Part shown: positions 1-8,491 of the stretch, one piece after another | How the letters are laid out: every line of letters starts with the position of its first letter | Numbering within the stretch: position 1 is the first letter of the stretch | From: Acutalibacteraceae bacterium | Lineage (GTDB): Bacteria > Bacillota > Clostridia > Oscillospirales > Acutalibacteraceae | Assembly (NCBI GenBank): GCA_045660705.1 | Contig: JAZREH010000070.1 | Span: 1-36,800 of the forward strand | Length of the DNA: 36,800 bases | Direction: 5' to 3' | Translations under genes and position numbers: made by a program | Notes under the pieces: model-generated | The model's input: only the letters and a program-made list of their open reading frames with translations | Told to the model about the DNA's origin: nothing | Databases searched by the model: none

Positions 1-39
1 TATGTTTTTAACCTCATAATCACATAAATTATTTTTCAT
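1..39 (-). CDS. 5' end (13 codons, MKNNLCDYEVKNI) of a gene that leaves the window on the left; product unknown
   Basis: ATG at 39..37 with GGGGGA (53..48 read on minus) 8 nt upstream; frame open to position 1. Too short to identify. Confidence 0.3.
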   Translation of the reverse strand, partial: MKNNLCDYEVKNI

Positions 40-270
40 GGCAAATATCCCCCAATGAATGCTCGCTTACAAAATAATTATGCGAATTAAATGCTCTTAA
101 TGTTTCTAAAAGCCTAGAATCCTTTCAGCCATCGGCATCACTTCCCTTAATGCTCGCCAGATATATCCGTGTTACCTCTATTGTAATATTTCACCGACGC
201 TTTGTATGGCAAATTTTCGCTAAATATTAAAACAGAAATCACTATTATTGAATTTTGAAGAAACTAATTC

Positions 271-319
271 CAAAAAAATCAAAACCTCTATCATTCGCCA
301 AAAAGACCAATGATAGAGG
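271..319 (-). terminator. intrinsic terminator of the DUF5107/TPR gene
   Basis: Perfect 11-bp stem CCTCTATCATT (285..295) / AATGATAGAGG (309..319) with a 13-nt loop, followed on the minus strand by TTTTGATTTTTTT (284..271). It starts 24 nt after the stop at 343. Confidence 0.8.
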
Positions 320-342
320 CAGCGTAATAATTGTTATTTTAA

Positions 343-3300
343 TCAAATAAATTTACTGAAGAAAAACGCCAACATATTTTCATTATTAAGGCTTACGCTT
401 TCTTTAAGATTTTCTTTTGCAGTTTTGGAATTTTCCATATACGCTTCACAAAGTCCTGTTAAATACAGGTACTGTGCTTTGCGAAGTCTTGCAGGTTCAT
501 CAACAAACGGAATAAAGAACGGCGTTGTACCGAAATATCCGTTATCCTTAATATCTTTAATCTTACTCCATTCTCTAAAATATTTGGTAATAAGGTGTTG
601 TCCTTTGAGTTCCTCGCCTAAGCGGTTGAAAGAAAGTGCTTGGAAATAAGGCAGTTCTTTAAGATGCATATTGCTGAAATATTCGATTTGTGTGGTTGCA
701 ATATAACGGAAAATCTCGTCTGCCTTTGCCTTTTGTCCGATATTTTCAAGACAAATTGCTTCATGGAATTTAAGCGGAATAAGCTTACAATGATTCCATA
801 TTCCCGCACCAAGACTTTGCGGCAACACCTGACCTTCGCGAAAATATTCTATTGCTTTTTTATAATTTCCGTTATCAAGTTCGGTTTTGCCCTTCACAAG
901 GTAAGCAAACATATACTGGTCGGCAATAGCGTGCTCGCCCCCCTCGCAAGGAACAAAGTTGTGTGACATAAGGGTTTCTATCGCCTTATCGGGCATAAAG
1001 GCTTGATTATACGCCTTTGCAAGCTCGGTTAAAACATCGTCGCGGGCAACTTTATTTGATGTTATCAAAGCAATTTTTTCCTCGGGTGCTACACCCATTT
1101 TATCCATAAGGCAAACGGTTTCGTAAAGCAATTCTTCATCATCTTTACGCTCTTTTACAAGCGCATTCATTATATCAAGCGCCTGTTGCGCCCTATTCAG
1201 ATGACTGAAATATGCAACCGCAAGATTTCTTCTACCGATATAATCATCGCACTGCTCCCAAAGTTCTACCGCCTCATTATAATGAAGTTTATTATACAAA
1301 AGACAGCCAAGTAACATTTTTGCGGTTTTGCTATCGGTTTTAGAAATAACATCCTCTAAAATCTTTTGCTCCTCAATGCGAACAGGATAAGCCGCGCCAA
1401 GTATTGCGGTTTCGGCTTTTTTATATTCATCGCTACCGTCAACGCCTACAAGGAATTTATAATATCCCAAAGCAAAATAAGCCATTTTGTTTCCGCCGGT
1501 TTTAGAAATTACACCCTCAAGCAGTAAAACAATGTCCTCATATCTTCCCATGGCAGACAAATCAAACGCAATATCAAGGCAGGTCTGCACCGCATCGGAA
1601 TCCATAATATCATAAAAATCCTTATCGCCCGAAAGATATCTTGCAAGGTGGTCAAGACTATCCTTTTTAAGTTGCTCTTTAAGAATGGTGTTAGCCTTTT
1701 CGTTTTCACCGATTTCTCTTAAAGCGATAACCAAAACAGAGATTGCAAGATTGTTATTTCTGCCATAATCAAGAGCATTTTCGGCGTGACGGATAGCCTC
1801 ATTATAATCTTTGCGTTTAATATCAATAAGCGCTATTCTTGTCATCGCTTTTGCAACGCTGTCTGCCGCCCAATAAGCCTTATAATAGTAATCATAAGCC
1901 TTGTCGGTTTCACCCTTTGCCTCAAGAATTCTGCCATATGTATAGTAAACATCACCGCTTTGCACACGCTCGTTATAAATGCTAATAGCATCAATAGCCC
2001 TCTTTATATAACTTTCAGCAGAGTCGAGCGCATATCTTGAAAGCTCATATTTCGCCATAGCGATAAGCGACGGAATATGATTGATTTTACGCTTTACTGC
2101 CTCTTTCCAGAAACTGTCAGGATTAGTATGCGGGTCGCGGTATTGGTCAACATGAACTCCTGCAAGATACAACTCATCAGGGTCATTCATACCTGCCGCA
2201 GACGGCATATCCGTAATTACATCGGGCATTGTGAATTTATTAAATTTCTTTTCGGTATACATTCCGATGATTTTACCGTCCGCAATAATCTGCACAGTAA
2301 CATATTGCGGCAAATCATTTATTTCAAACGCAAGCGCCTCATTCGGAATTAAATCGCAGGTTTCCTCAAAATAAACATTACCGTTATCAAAAATCTTTAC
2401 ATTTGCATTTTTATAAACCTTAGTTGATTGCAATTTAAACGAATTGTTTTCCTTGTCTAATTTAAAAGCACAGTTAAGGTTTGCAAATGTCGGTGTGCCA
2501 ATTTTAGAAATCGGGTACCAATGCTGTGAAAACTCTTTAGTTTCGTAAGGTGCAAGCCACGAGAAATTTGGTTGATTATCCGAATATGAACCTGCCATAA
2601 GTTCCGCATATTCGCCATCCGTATCGGTAAGAGCATTTTCCCAAGATTTTGAAAGTTGACAGTACGCCCAGGTAAACATCTTTTTACCTGTGGAAATATG
2701 ATGGTCACCGATATGGACTACACCGCACTCTTTAGAGTGGTCATAGCCGCCAAAGAAATCATAATCAGATGCGCAGGCAAAATATGAAGTTGCCTGACGG
2801 GTATTCTTATGCCAAGATATATCGCGTTCTTCATTCATAGGAATACCGTTAAAAACACCGTTGCCGGCAATCGGATATGTAGTTCTTGACTTTAAATAGT
2901 GGAAATTAACATAAGAAACATCTTGTGGGAAGAAAATCTGATAACTCTCATTCACAGGCACCGCCGCATTTTCCCACCAAAGGAAAGACTTATCGGCAGA
3001 TGTTCTGTTATAAAGTCGCATTCTGGTTTCAAGTGAGGTTTCCCCTGCTCTTAAAATAATGCTGACCATACCCTTCATACGGTCAATCGGGTCGTGTTCG
3101 GACAAGTGGCAAGCCGCACTGCCGTCGGGTAATTCCTCTATGGTAAAATCGCAAGGCATAAAGCCCGATGCTCTGTGGTGGAAAGGCCAGTTAAATTCGA
3201 CACCGCCCGAAATCCAAGAGCCAAGCACACCGATAAGTGCCGGCTTTATTACGTGTTGTTTATAAAAATAATCATAACCTGTGGTTTTATCGTATGCCGA

Positions 3301-3555
3301 ATAAATTCTACCGCCAATTTCGGGCAGAATTTCAATTTTAACATACTCGTTTTCGAGGGTTACAAGTTTGTATTCCTTATCCTGCTTTTTTGTGCGGTCA
3401 ACTTCCATTACAACCTTATTGGGATAAGGTCTTCCGCTTGAACGCTGGTGCACGCGGTTTTCACCAAACATCGGCATTTCTTCTGCCGCCGGTTCGGGAT
3501 AGGTAGGAATTATTATTTTGCTTTCATAAATTTTTACTTTTTCCAAAAAAATCAA
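343..3555 (-). CDS. DUF5107 domain + TPR-repeat protein (cytoplasmic, function unknown)
   Basis: 1070-aa ORF with no signal peptide. The N-terminal ~330 aa (IIIPTYPEP..MPMFGENRVHQRSSGRPYPNKVV..EILPEIGGRIYSAYDK..GGVEFNWPFHHR) match my memory of the DUF5107 family. The remaining ~700 aa are TPR-like helical repeats (e.g. YYTYGRILEAKGETDKAYDYYYKAYWA). The start is a TTG at 3555 with poor SD spacing; TTG at 3546 is an alternative. Confidence 0.7.
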   Translation of the reverse strand: MIFLEKVKIYESKIIIPTYPEPAAEEMPMFGENRVHQRSSGRPYPNKVVMEVDRTKKQDKEYKLVTLENEYVKIEILPEIGGRIYSAYDKTTGYDYFYKQHVIKPALIGVLGSWISGGVEFNWPFHHRASGFMPCDFTIEELPDGSAACHLSEHDPIDRMKGMVSIILRAGETSLETRMRLYNRTSADKSFLWWENAAVPVNESYQIFFPQDVSYVNFHYLKSRTTYPIAGNGVFNGIPMNEERDISWHKNTRQATSYFACASDYDFFGGYDHSKECGVVHIGDHHISTGKKMFTWAYCQLSKSWENALTDTDGEYAELMAGSYSDNQPNFSWLAPYETKEFSQHWYPISKIGTPTFANLNCAFKLDKENNSFKLQSTKVYKNANVKIFDNGNVYFEETCDLIPNEALAFEINDLPQYVTVQIIADGKIIGMYTEKKFNKFTMPDVITDMPSAAGMNDPDELYLAGVHVDQYRDPHTNPDSFWKEAVKRKINHIPSLIAMAKYELSRYALDSAESYIKRAIDAISIYNERVQSGDVYYTYGRILEAKGETDKAYDYYYKAYWAADSVAKAMTRIALIDIKRKDYNEAIRHAENALDYGRNNNLAISVLVIALREIGENEKANTILKEQLKKDSLDHLARYLSGDKDFYDIMDSDAVQTCLDIAFDLSAMGRYEDIVLLLEGVISKTGGNKMAYFALGYYKFLVGVDGSDEYKKAETAILGAAYPVRIEEQKILEDVISKTDSKTAKMLLGCLLYNKLHYNEAVELWEQCDDYIGRRNLAVAYFSHLNRAQQALDIMNALVKERKDDEELLYETVCLMDKMGVAPEEKIALITSNKVARDDVLTELAKAYNQAFMPDKAIETLMSHNFVPCEGGEHAIADQYMFAYLVKGKTELDNGNYKKAIEYFREGQVLPQSLGAGIWNHCKLIPLKFHEAICLENIGQKAKADEIFRYIATTQIEYFSNMHLKELPYFQALSFNRLGEELKGQHLITKYFREWSKIKDIKDNGYFGTTPFFIPFVDEPARLRKAQYLYLTGLCEAYMENSKTAKENLKESVSLNNENMLAFFFSKFI

Positions 3556-3657
3556 CTCTTTACAATTATTATATTTTATTGTATTATAATTGTAAAATTA
3601 CATATTTAAAAGCGATAATATTACTTTGTTTTTAACTTTTCTTACTGAGAGGTTCTT
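3556..3657. promoter_or_regulatory. divergent AT-rich control region between the DUF5107/TPR gene and the AraC gene
   Basis: 102-bp gap between divergent starts. TATAAT is readable on both strands around 3583..3590. There are four copies of the TTACA/TGTAA core (TTACAAT 3560..3566, ATTGTA 3578..3583, ATTGTAA 3589..3595, TTACA 3598..3602), two of them 11 bp apart. The region is AT-rich, so these copies may be chance; I found no well-spaced -35. Confidence 0.35.
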
Positions 3658-4449
3658 ATGATTACTCTGCCTTATGATATTTCCTGCGGCTATTGTGACT
3701 GCAGTGAATTTGGGAATTTAAGTGTTTCTCCAAAACGAAAAACCGAAAAATTCGAAATAGAATTCTATCTTGAAAACGGGGAATCCACCTATACAAACGA
3801 TAACGAATATATAATTAAAAAGCACCATATTCAAATAGCCAAACCAAATCAGGTGCGCTATAGTAAACTTCCGTTTAAAACAATGTTTCTTAAATTCAAA
3901 GCAGATGAGGAACTTGCAAAACTACTAACAAATGCTCCAGAATATTTTATTTGCAGTCACCCTCAAAAAATATCAGAAAAATTAGAGGAGATTATCCTTT
4001 TAAACGAAAGCGGCGATAATCAACTTCTGCTTTACAGCCGTTTACTTTCTTTCATCAATCTTGTATTATACGATTCAGAAATTCCGAAGTTGCAAAGTGG
4101 CCAAAACTATGAGATTATTACAAATGCAAAGCGGTATATGGAATCCAATTATAAAGAAGACATCTATCTTAAAGATATTGCAAACGCAGTAAATTTAAGT
4201 CCAATATATTTTCATAATATTTTTACTTCTGCTTGCGGTATTTCGCCTCACAATTATTTGATAAATTGCAGAATCGCAGAAGCAAAAAAACTGTTATGGA
4301 ATTCAACAATACCCCTTACTCTTATTGCTGAAAACTGCGGTTTCGGTTGTCAGCAACATTTTAATAAAGTATTTAAAAAACAAACCGGAACAACACCCGG
4401 CAGATACAGAAAAGAAATTCAGCAAAATTATTTGGAGGATTGGTTATGA
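3658..4449 (+). CDS. AraC/XylS-family transcriptional regulator
   Basis: 263-aa ORF. The C-terminal double HTH is typical of AraC (YLKDIANAVNLSPIYFHNIFTSACGISPHNYLINCRIAEAKKLL..IAENCGFGCQQHFNKVFKKQTGTTPGRYR) and the N-terminal region is cupin-like. GAGAGG lies 5 nt before the ATG. Confidence 0.9.
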   Translation: MITLPYDISCGYCDCSEFGNLSVSPKRKTEKFEIEFYLENGESTYTNDNEYIIKKHHIQIAKPNQVRYSKLPFKTMFLKFKADEELAKLLTNAPEYFICSHPQKISEKLEEIILLNESGDNQLLLYSRLLSFINLVLYDSEIPKLQSGQNYEIITNAKRYMESNYKEDIYLKDIANAVNLSPIYFHNIFTSACGISPHNYLINCRIAEAKKLLWNSTIPLTLIAENCGFGCQQHFNKVFKKQTGTTPGRYRKEIQQNYLEDWL

Positions 4450-5414
4450 TAAGATACGGTATTATAGGGGCAGGCTGGCGAGCAGAGTTTTATTTAAGGA
4501 TTGCCAATCTCGTTCCTGAAAAATTTTGTGTTTCTGGAATTTATATCAGAAACGAAATTAAAAGAAAAGAATTTTCAAAAAAATACAATGTGCCGATTTT
4601 CGATAATTTGGAAAATTTACTTAAAACAGATTTTGATTTCATTGTTTCGTGCGTAAATAAAGGTTCCATTAACGAAACTTCACAAATGCTCGCCGATAAA
4701 GGCATTGCCGTTCTAACCGAAACCCCTGTCGCAAGCGGTGCCTTAAAAGGCAGAATTCAGGTTGCAGAGCAATTTCATTTAATGCCACGCAATCAAGCCT
4801 ACAAAAAAATAATAGATAGCGGTATTTTAGGTGAGGTACATCAGGTACAACTCTCCTGCTGTCACGATTACCACGCCGCAAGCCTTATACGATTTTTTCT
4901 TAATATTAAGGACGTAACACCAACAAAAACCACAGTTACTCTGCCTGACAAAACGATGCGGTACAACAGCCGTAACGGTCTTATTAAACCCGAAGAAGTC
5001 ACCGCAGAACAAAAAATTATTGTACTTAACTTTGGCAACAAATCTGCAATTTATGATTTTAACTTTGAACAGTATTTTTCGGATATCAGGGCTTCAAGAA
5101 TAGTTATCCGCGGCACAAACGGTGAAATTGTAAACAACACCTGCACATATCTTATAGACGGTCTTCCCCATTCTTTTGAAATCAAACGCAACTGTTTTGG
5201 TGCACAAGAAAGTCTTGACGGTCTTTCGCTCTTGAACATCACTGCAAACGGTGAAATTCTTTATAACAATCCATTTAAAAATGCCCGTCTTTCAGATGAA
5301 GAAATTGCAATTGCAACCTGCCTTTTAAAAATGAAAGATTATATACAAAACGGTATAGAGTTTTACAGTCCGCAAAATGCCTTTGTTGATTATAGTATGA
5401 TGGATATTGTATAA
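4446..5414 (+). CDS. Gfo/Idh/MocA-family oxidoreductase
   Basis: N-terminal Rossmann motif IRYGIIGAGWRAEFYLRIA. I place the start at ATG 4446 (GGAGGA 4434..4439, 6-nt spacer) rather than the TTG at 4440 in the ORF track. This ATG overlaps the AraC stop codon (ATGA). Confidence 0.65.
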   Translation: MIRYGIIGAGWRAEFYLRIANLVPEKFCVSGIYIRNEIKRKEFSKKYNVPIFDNLENLLKTDFDFIVSCVNKGSINETSQMLADKGIAVLTETPVASGALKGRIQVAEQFHLMPRNQAYKKIIDSGILGEVHQVQLSCCHDYHAASLIRFFLNIKDVTPTKTTVTLPDKTMRYNSRNGLIKPEEVTAEQKIIVLNFGNKSAIYDFNFEQYFSDIRASRIVIRGTNGEIVNNTCTYLIDGLPHSFEIKRNCFGAQESLDGLSLLNITANGEILYNNPFKNARLSDEEIAIATCLLKMKDYIQNGIEFYSPQNAFVDYSMMDIV

Positions 5415-5437
5415 TAATCTTTAAGTATAACAAAAAA

Positions 5438-5472
5438 CTTCTCACGTCAATTTGACTGAGAAGTTTTTTATT
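5438..5472 (+). terminator. intrinsic terminator after the AraC-oxidoreductase pair
   Basis: Stem CTTCTCACGTCAA (5438..5450) / TTGACTGAGAAG (5452..5463) with one bulge, followed by TTTTTT (5464..5469). It starts 24 nt after the stop. Confidence 0.8.
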
Positions 5473-5611
5473 TGTACCGCGGCGGCTCCCACAAATGGTG
5501 ATATGTGCAGAACAATACATGAAAGTGCATCTTGCAAAGCTTATTATCGATCTTCGCATATTGAGAAAGCATAATGTGAATAATAAATTAAAGTATATGT
5601 GAGGTGATATA

Positions 5612-7567
5612 TTGAGCAACCGATTACAATATGAAACAAGTCCTTATCTTTTGCAGCACAAAGAGAATCCTGTGGATTGGTATCCTTGGTGCGATGAGGC
5701 TTTTAAGCGTGCAAAAACTGAGGATAAGCCTATATTTTTAAGCATTGGATACAGCGCTTGCCATTGGTGCCATGTGCTTGCTCACGAAAGTTTTGAGGAT
5801 AATGAAATAGCCGAAATTTTAAACCGCCATTTTATATCTATAAAGGTTGATAAGGAAGAACGCCCTGATATTGACAGCGTTTATATGTCGGTATGTCAGG
5901 CATTTACGGGTGGCGGCGGATGGCCCACAAGTATTTTTATGACCGCTGACCAAAAGCGGTGTTTTACAGGCAGATATTTCCCAAAAACATCGCGTGGCAA
6001 AATGATTGGTTTTAAGGAACTGCTTATTGCTATAAACGAGGCTTGGAAGAGTGACAGGGCATCACTACTTGAGCAATCAGATAAGATTATAAATCATTTA
6101 AATCATACCGATAAAAATGCAGGCAATGCTGAAATAGACTTAACACACTCTGCTGTGTCAGTATATAGCAAAATTTACGATAAAAAATATGGCGGTTTCG
6201 GTCGTGCACCAAAATTTCCGACACCGCATAACCTTTTGTTTTTGCTTTCTTATTATGAAAGGTATAATAAAAAAGAATGTTTGCAAATGGCGGAACACAC
6301 ACTTTTGGGGATGTACCGTGGCGGTATGTTTGACCATATCGGTTTTGGCTTTTGCCGATATTCTACCGATAAAAAGTTTCTTGTTCCCCACTTTGAAAAA
6401 ATGCTTTATGATAACGCATTGCTTATACTCGCTTACTGCAAGGCTTATTCTATAACAAATAACGGTTTATACCTTGAAATTGCCGAGAAAACAGCGGATT
6501 GCATTTTGCGTGAAATGACATCGGAAAACGGCGGTTTTTTCAGCGCTCAGGATGCCGACAGCGAGGGCGAGGAAGGAAAATATTATCTGTTTACTCCCGA
6601 TGAAATTATTAGTGTTTTAGGTGAAGTGGACGGAGAAAAATTTAATCGCCATTTTGATATAACAACTACAGGAAATTTCGAGGGTAAAAGTATTCCAAAC
6701 TTACTGCACAGCGACCCTGCCGACAAATCATTTGAAGAATTTTTGCCAAAGTTACAATACTTTAGAAAAAACAGGTATTCGCTACACTTAGATGATAAGA
6801 TCTTAACATCTTGGAACTCACTTATGATAGCCGCAATGTGTGAATTATATCTTGTAAGCAAAAAGGATATTTATCTAAACGCGGCGCAAAAGTCAGATGA
6901 ATTTATACAAAAATATCTTTGTGAAAACAATACACTATTTGTTAGTTTCCGTGACAAAAAGCGCGGAGTTAAAGGCTTTTTAGATGATTATGCAAGTTAT
7001 ATTTTTGCCGAACTTTGCCTATATAGAGCCACTTTAGATACCAAATATTTAGACCGTGCAAAGCAGATGAGTGATAAAGTTATAGAAGATTTTAGTGATA
7101 ACACAAGCGGATTTTATTTGTACGGCACTCAAAGTGAAGAACTAATACTGCGACCAAAAGAGACCTATGACGGCGCAATTCCAAGCGGCAATTCCCTTAT
7201 GGCGTATAACTTTGTAAAACTATATCTTTTAACATCGGATGACAAATATAAGCGCTTAGCAGAAAGGCAATTAGATTTTATTTCTGCCGAGGCTGATTCT
7301 TACCCCACTAACCACGCAATGTTTTTAACGGCACTTTTAGAATTTAACGAGCCACCGATAAAGGTTACGGTTGTGAAAGATGATAAAACCAATATAAAAA
7401 GTTTATCTTTTGCTTTTCCAACAAACGCAGTAATCAATGTTTTATGTGCACCTACCGAGGAATATCTGCTTAAAGACGGAAAAACCACCTATTATGTATG
7501 TAAGGGTCACAGTTGTATGCCACCTACCAATGATTTGAATGAAATAATAAATACAGGCAAATACTAA
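5612..7567 (+). CDS. yyaL: thioredoxin-domain (DUF255) protein with six-hairpin C-terminal domain, YyaL family
   Basis: 651-aa ORF. The N-terminus [37 protein letters not shown] is the DUF255 thioredoxin-like signature, and the long C-terminal region is N-acylglucosamine-2-epimerase-like. TTG start 5 nt after GAGGTG. Confidence 0.85.
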   Translation: MSNRLQYETSPYLLQHKENPVDWYPWCDEAFKRAKTEDKPIFLSIGYSACHWCHVLAHESFEDNEIAEILNRHFISIKVDKEERPDIDSVYMSVCQAFTGGGGWPTSIFMTADQKRCFTGRYFPKTSRGKMIGFKELLIAINEAWKSDRASLLEQSDKIINHLNHTDKNAGNAEIDLTHSAVSVYSKIYDKKYGGFGRAPKFPTPHNLLFLLSYYERYNKKECLQMAEHTLLGMYRGGMFDHIGFGFCRYSTDKKFLVPHFEKMLYDNALLILAYCKAYSITNNGLYLEIAEKTADCILREMTSENGGFFSAQDADSEGEEGKYYLFTPDEIISVLGEVDGEKFNRHFDITTTGNFEGKSIPNLLHSDPADKSFEEFLPKLQYFRKNRYSLHLDDKILTSWNSLMIAAMCELYLVSKKDIYLNAAQKSDEFIQKYLCENNTLFVSFRDKKRGVKGFLDDYASYIFAELCLYRATLDTKYLDRAKQMSDKVIEDFSDNTSGFYLYGTQSEELILRPKETYDGAIPSGNSLMAYNFVKLYLLTSDDKYKRLAERQLDFISAEADSYPTNHAMFLTALLEFNEPPIKVTVVKDDKTNIKSLSFAFPTNAVINVLCAPTEEYLLKDGKTTYYVCKGHSCMPPTNDLNEIINTGKY

Positions 7568-7589
7568 AAGCAGAAAGGAGTTAATATCA

Positions 7590-7727
7590 ATGACTGACGA
7601 TAAAAAAATCGAGCCAAAGAAAGAACCTGAGAAACAAGAGAAAAAGCATATCAAACCGAGTGAAATAATCGGTAAAATTGATGTTCACGATACCCGTGAC
7701 CGCAGGGATGGCCCCGGCGGTAATTAA
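7590..7727 (+). CDS. small highly charged hypothetical protein (45 aa), absent from the ORF track
   Basis: ATG at 7590 preceded by AAAGGAG (7574..7580). Translation is MTDDKKIEPKKEPEKQEKKHIKPSEIIGKIDVHDTRDRRDGPGGN, ending in TAA at 7725..7727. It starts 22 nt after the yyaL stop and a terminator follows ~60 nt downstream. Confidence 0.5.
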   Translation: MTDDKKIEPKKEPEKQEKKHIKPSEIIGKIDVHDTRDRRDGPGGN

Positions 7728-7786
7728 AAGATTACACTTATCCAAATCAAACTCACAACAAGTCAATAAAAATGCGAAAAAACGCT

Positions 7787-7813
7787 GAAAACCCGCTAAT
7801 AAAGCGGGTTTTC
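7787..7813. terminator. bidirectional-looking intrinsic terminator
   Basis: AAAACCCGC (7788..7796) / GCGGGTTTT (7804..7812) with a 7-nt loop and A/T tracts on both sides. It sits after the 45-codon ORF (plus) and after the truncated amidase remnant (minus). Confidence 0.7.
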
Positions 7814-7854
7814 GGGTGTTTACATTTTGGGCGATAGCTTTAAAATCTATAGTA

Positions 7855-8016
7855 TTAACCGAATCCCCCGTGACCTGCATCAATTATAATAACAGGGCGG
7901 GGGTCGTTGTCGGCTTTGGCGTTTATAACAGCATCGCGGATAATTCCTACACAAACAAGCGAAAAAATCATTATAACTGTTATAATTTGTGAAGCGAATC
8001 GCCTTAAAAAGCGCAT
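7855..8016 (-). pseudogene. 5' remnant (53 codons) of a CwlD-like N-acetylmuramoyl-L-alanine amidase
   Basis: ATG at 8016..8014. Translation is MRFLRRFASQIITVIMIFSLVCVGIIRDAVINAKADNDPRPVIIIDAGHGGFG then TAA. The TM helix plus IIIDAGHGG is the N-terminal signature of Amidase_3/CwlD enzymes, but the reading frame stops right after it and no other frame continues the family. Confidence 0.6.
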
Positions 8017-8038
8017 ATATTGCACCGCCATATCTTTT

Positions 8039-8067
8039 ATTATACAATACTAAAACCCCGTTTTCAA
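8039..8067 (-). promoter_or_regulatory. consensus sigma-A-type promoter in front of the amidase remnant
   Basis: On the minus strand: TTGAAA (8067..8062), 17-nt spacer, TATAAT (8044..8039), about 25 nt before the ATG. Confidence 0.6.
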
Positions 8068-8182
8068 GGTTTACCTTTAATTATATGAACGATATGGGCG
8101 TCAAAATAACCAATATTCCCAAACCTTATTTTGCCTTAAAATCAAGACCTCCGATTAAAGGGCGGTCCTTTCTCAAAACAAA

Positions 8183-8413
8183 TTAACTTAAAGACATTAT
8201 TTCTGCACTACCCTTAAAAAGAAGACCCTTAATGCCAACGCTTTCGGCACCTGTAACATTACCCGCATTATCATCGATAAAAACGCTTTCCTCTGCTTTA
8301 AGGTTATATTTATCAAGAAGATATTCGAATATTTCTTTGCTGGGTTTTGTTATTCCTAACGGTCCCGAAAATACAAGACCGTCAAACAAATCAAAAACAC
8401 AACAAGCAGCCAC
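8183..8413 (-). pseudogene. 3' remnant (~76 codons) of a HAD-superfamily hydrolase
   Basis: The translation FDLFDGLVFSGPLGITKPSKEIFEYLLDKYNLKAEESVFIDDNAGNVTGAESVGIKGLLF contains HAD motif III (K) and motif IV (DD). The N-terminal DxD motif I and the cap are missing, and an in-frame TGA lies 30 nt upstream of the first codon. Confidence 0.65.
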
Positions 8414-8430
8414 CTGACGGCGACTGCTTG
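8391..8430 (-). terminator. probable intrinsic terminator of the GH36 gene
   Basis: On the minus strand: CAAGCAG(UCGCC) GUCA (GGUGG)CUGCUUG, a 12-bp stem including 2 G-U pairs (8430..8403), followed by TTGTGTTTTTG. It lies 61 nt after the stop and overlaps the first codons of the HAD remnant. Confidence 0.5.
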
Positions 8431-8491
8431 CATAAAACTTCCTTCATTTTAACTCTTTACCCCGACTATTGACAAAGAGCCATTTTTTTAA

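Noticed and set aside
141-172. TPP-riboswitch-like fragment on the minus strand (ACACGGATATATCTGGCGAGCATTAAGGGAAG resembles ..ACCUGAUCUGGAUAAUGCCAGCGUAGGGAAG).
   Set aside because: The CCAG partner of CUGG and the CUGAGA element are absent, so the P4/P5 helix cannot form. The resemblance is probably coincidental.
3560-3602. A cre (CcpA) site at TGTAAAATTACA in the divergent promoter region.
   Set aside because: The palindrome is 12 nt and lacks the central CG of the cre consensus. The region is AT-rich, so chance palindromes are expected.
4325-4519. 64-aa plus-strand ORF bridging the AraC and oxidoreductase genes.
   Set aside because: It is an out-of-frame overlap of two well-supported genes.
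5275-5619. 114-aa minus-strand ORF across the oxidoreductase/yyaL intergenic region.
   Set aside because: It crosses a clear plus-strand terminator and the yyaL RBS, overlaps two supported genes, and has an implausible composition.
7587-7883. 98-aa minus-strand ORF spanning the small-ORF/terminator region.
   Set aside because: It runs antisense through the RBS-supported 45-codon ORF and straight through the terminator hairpin. Its N-terminus is only the out-of-frame continuation of the amidase remnant, and it resembles no family.
1-8000. Impression that the left block is more AT-rich than the glycan locus, as a possible sign of horizontal transfer.
   Set aside because: This rests on hand counts of a few 60-nt lines that ranged from 30% to 62% GC. 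It was not computed over the window, so it is too noisy to support a claim.
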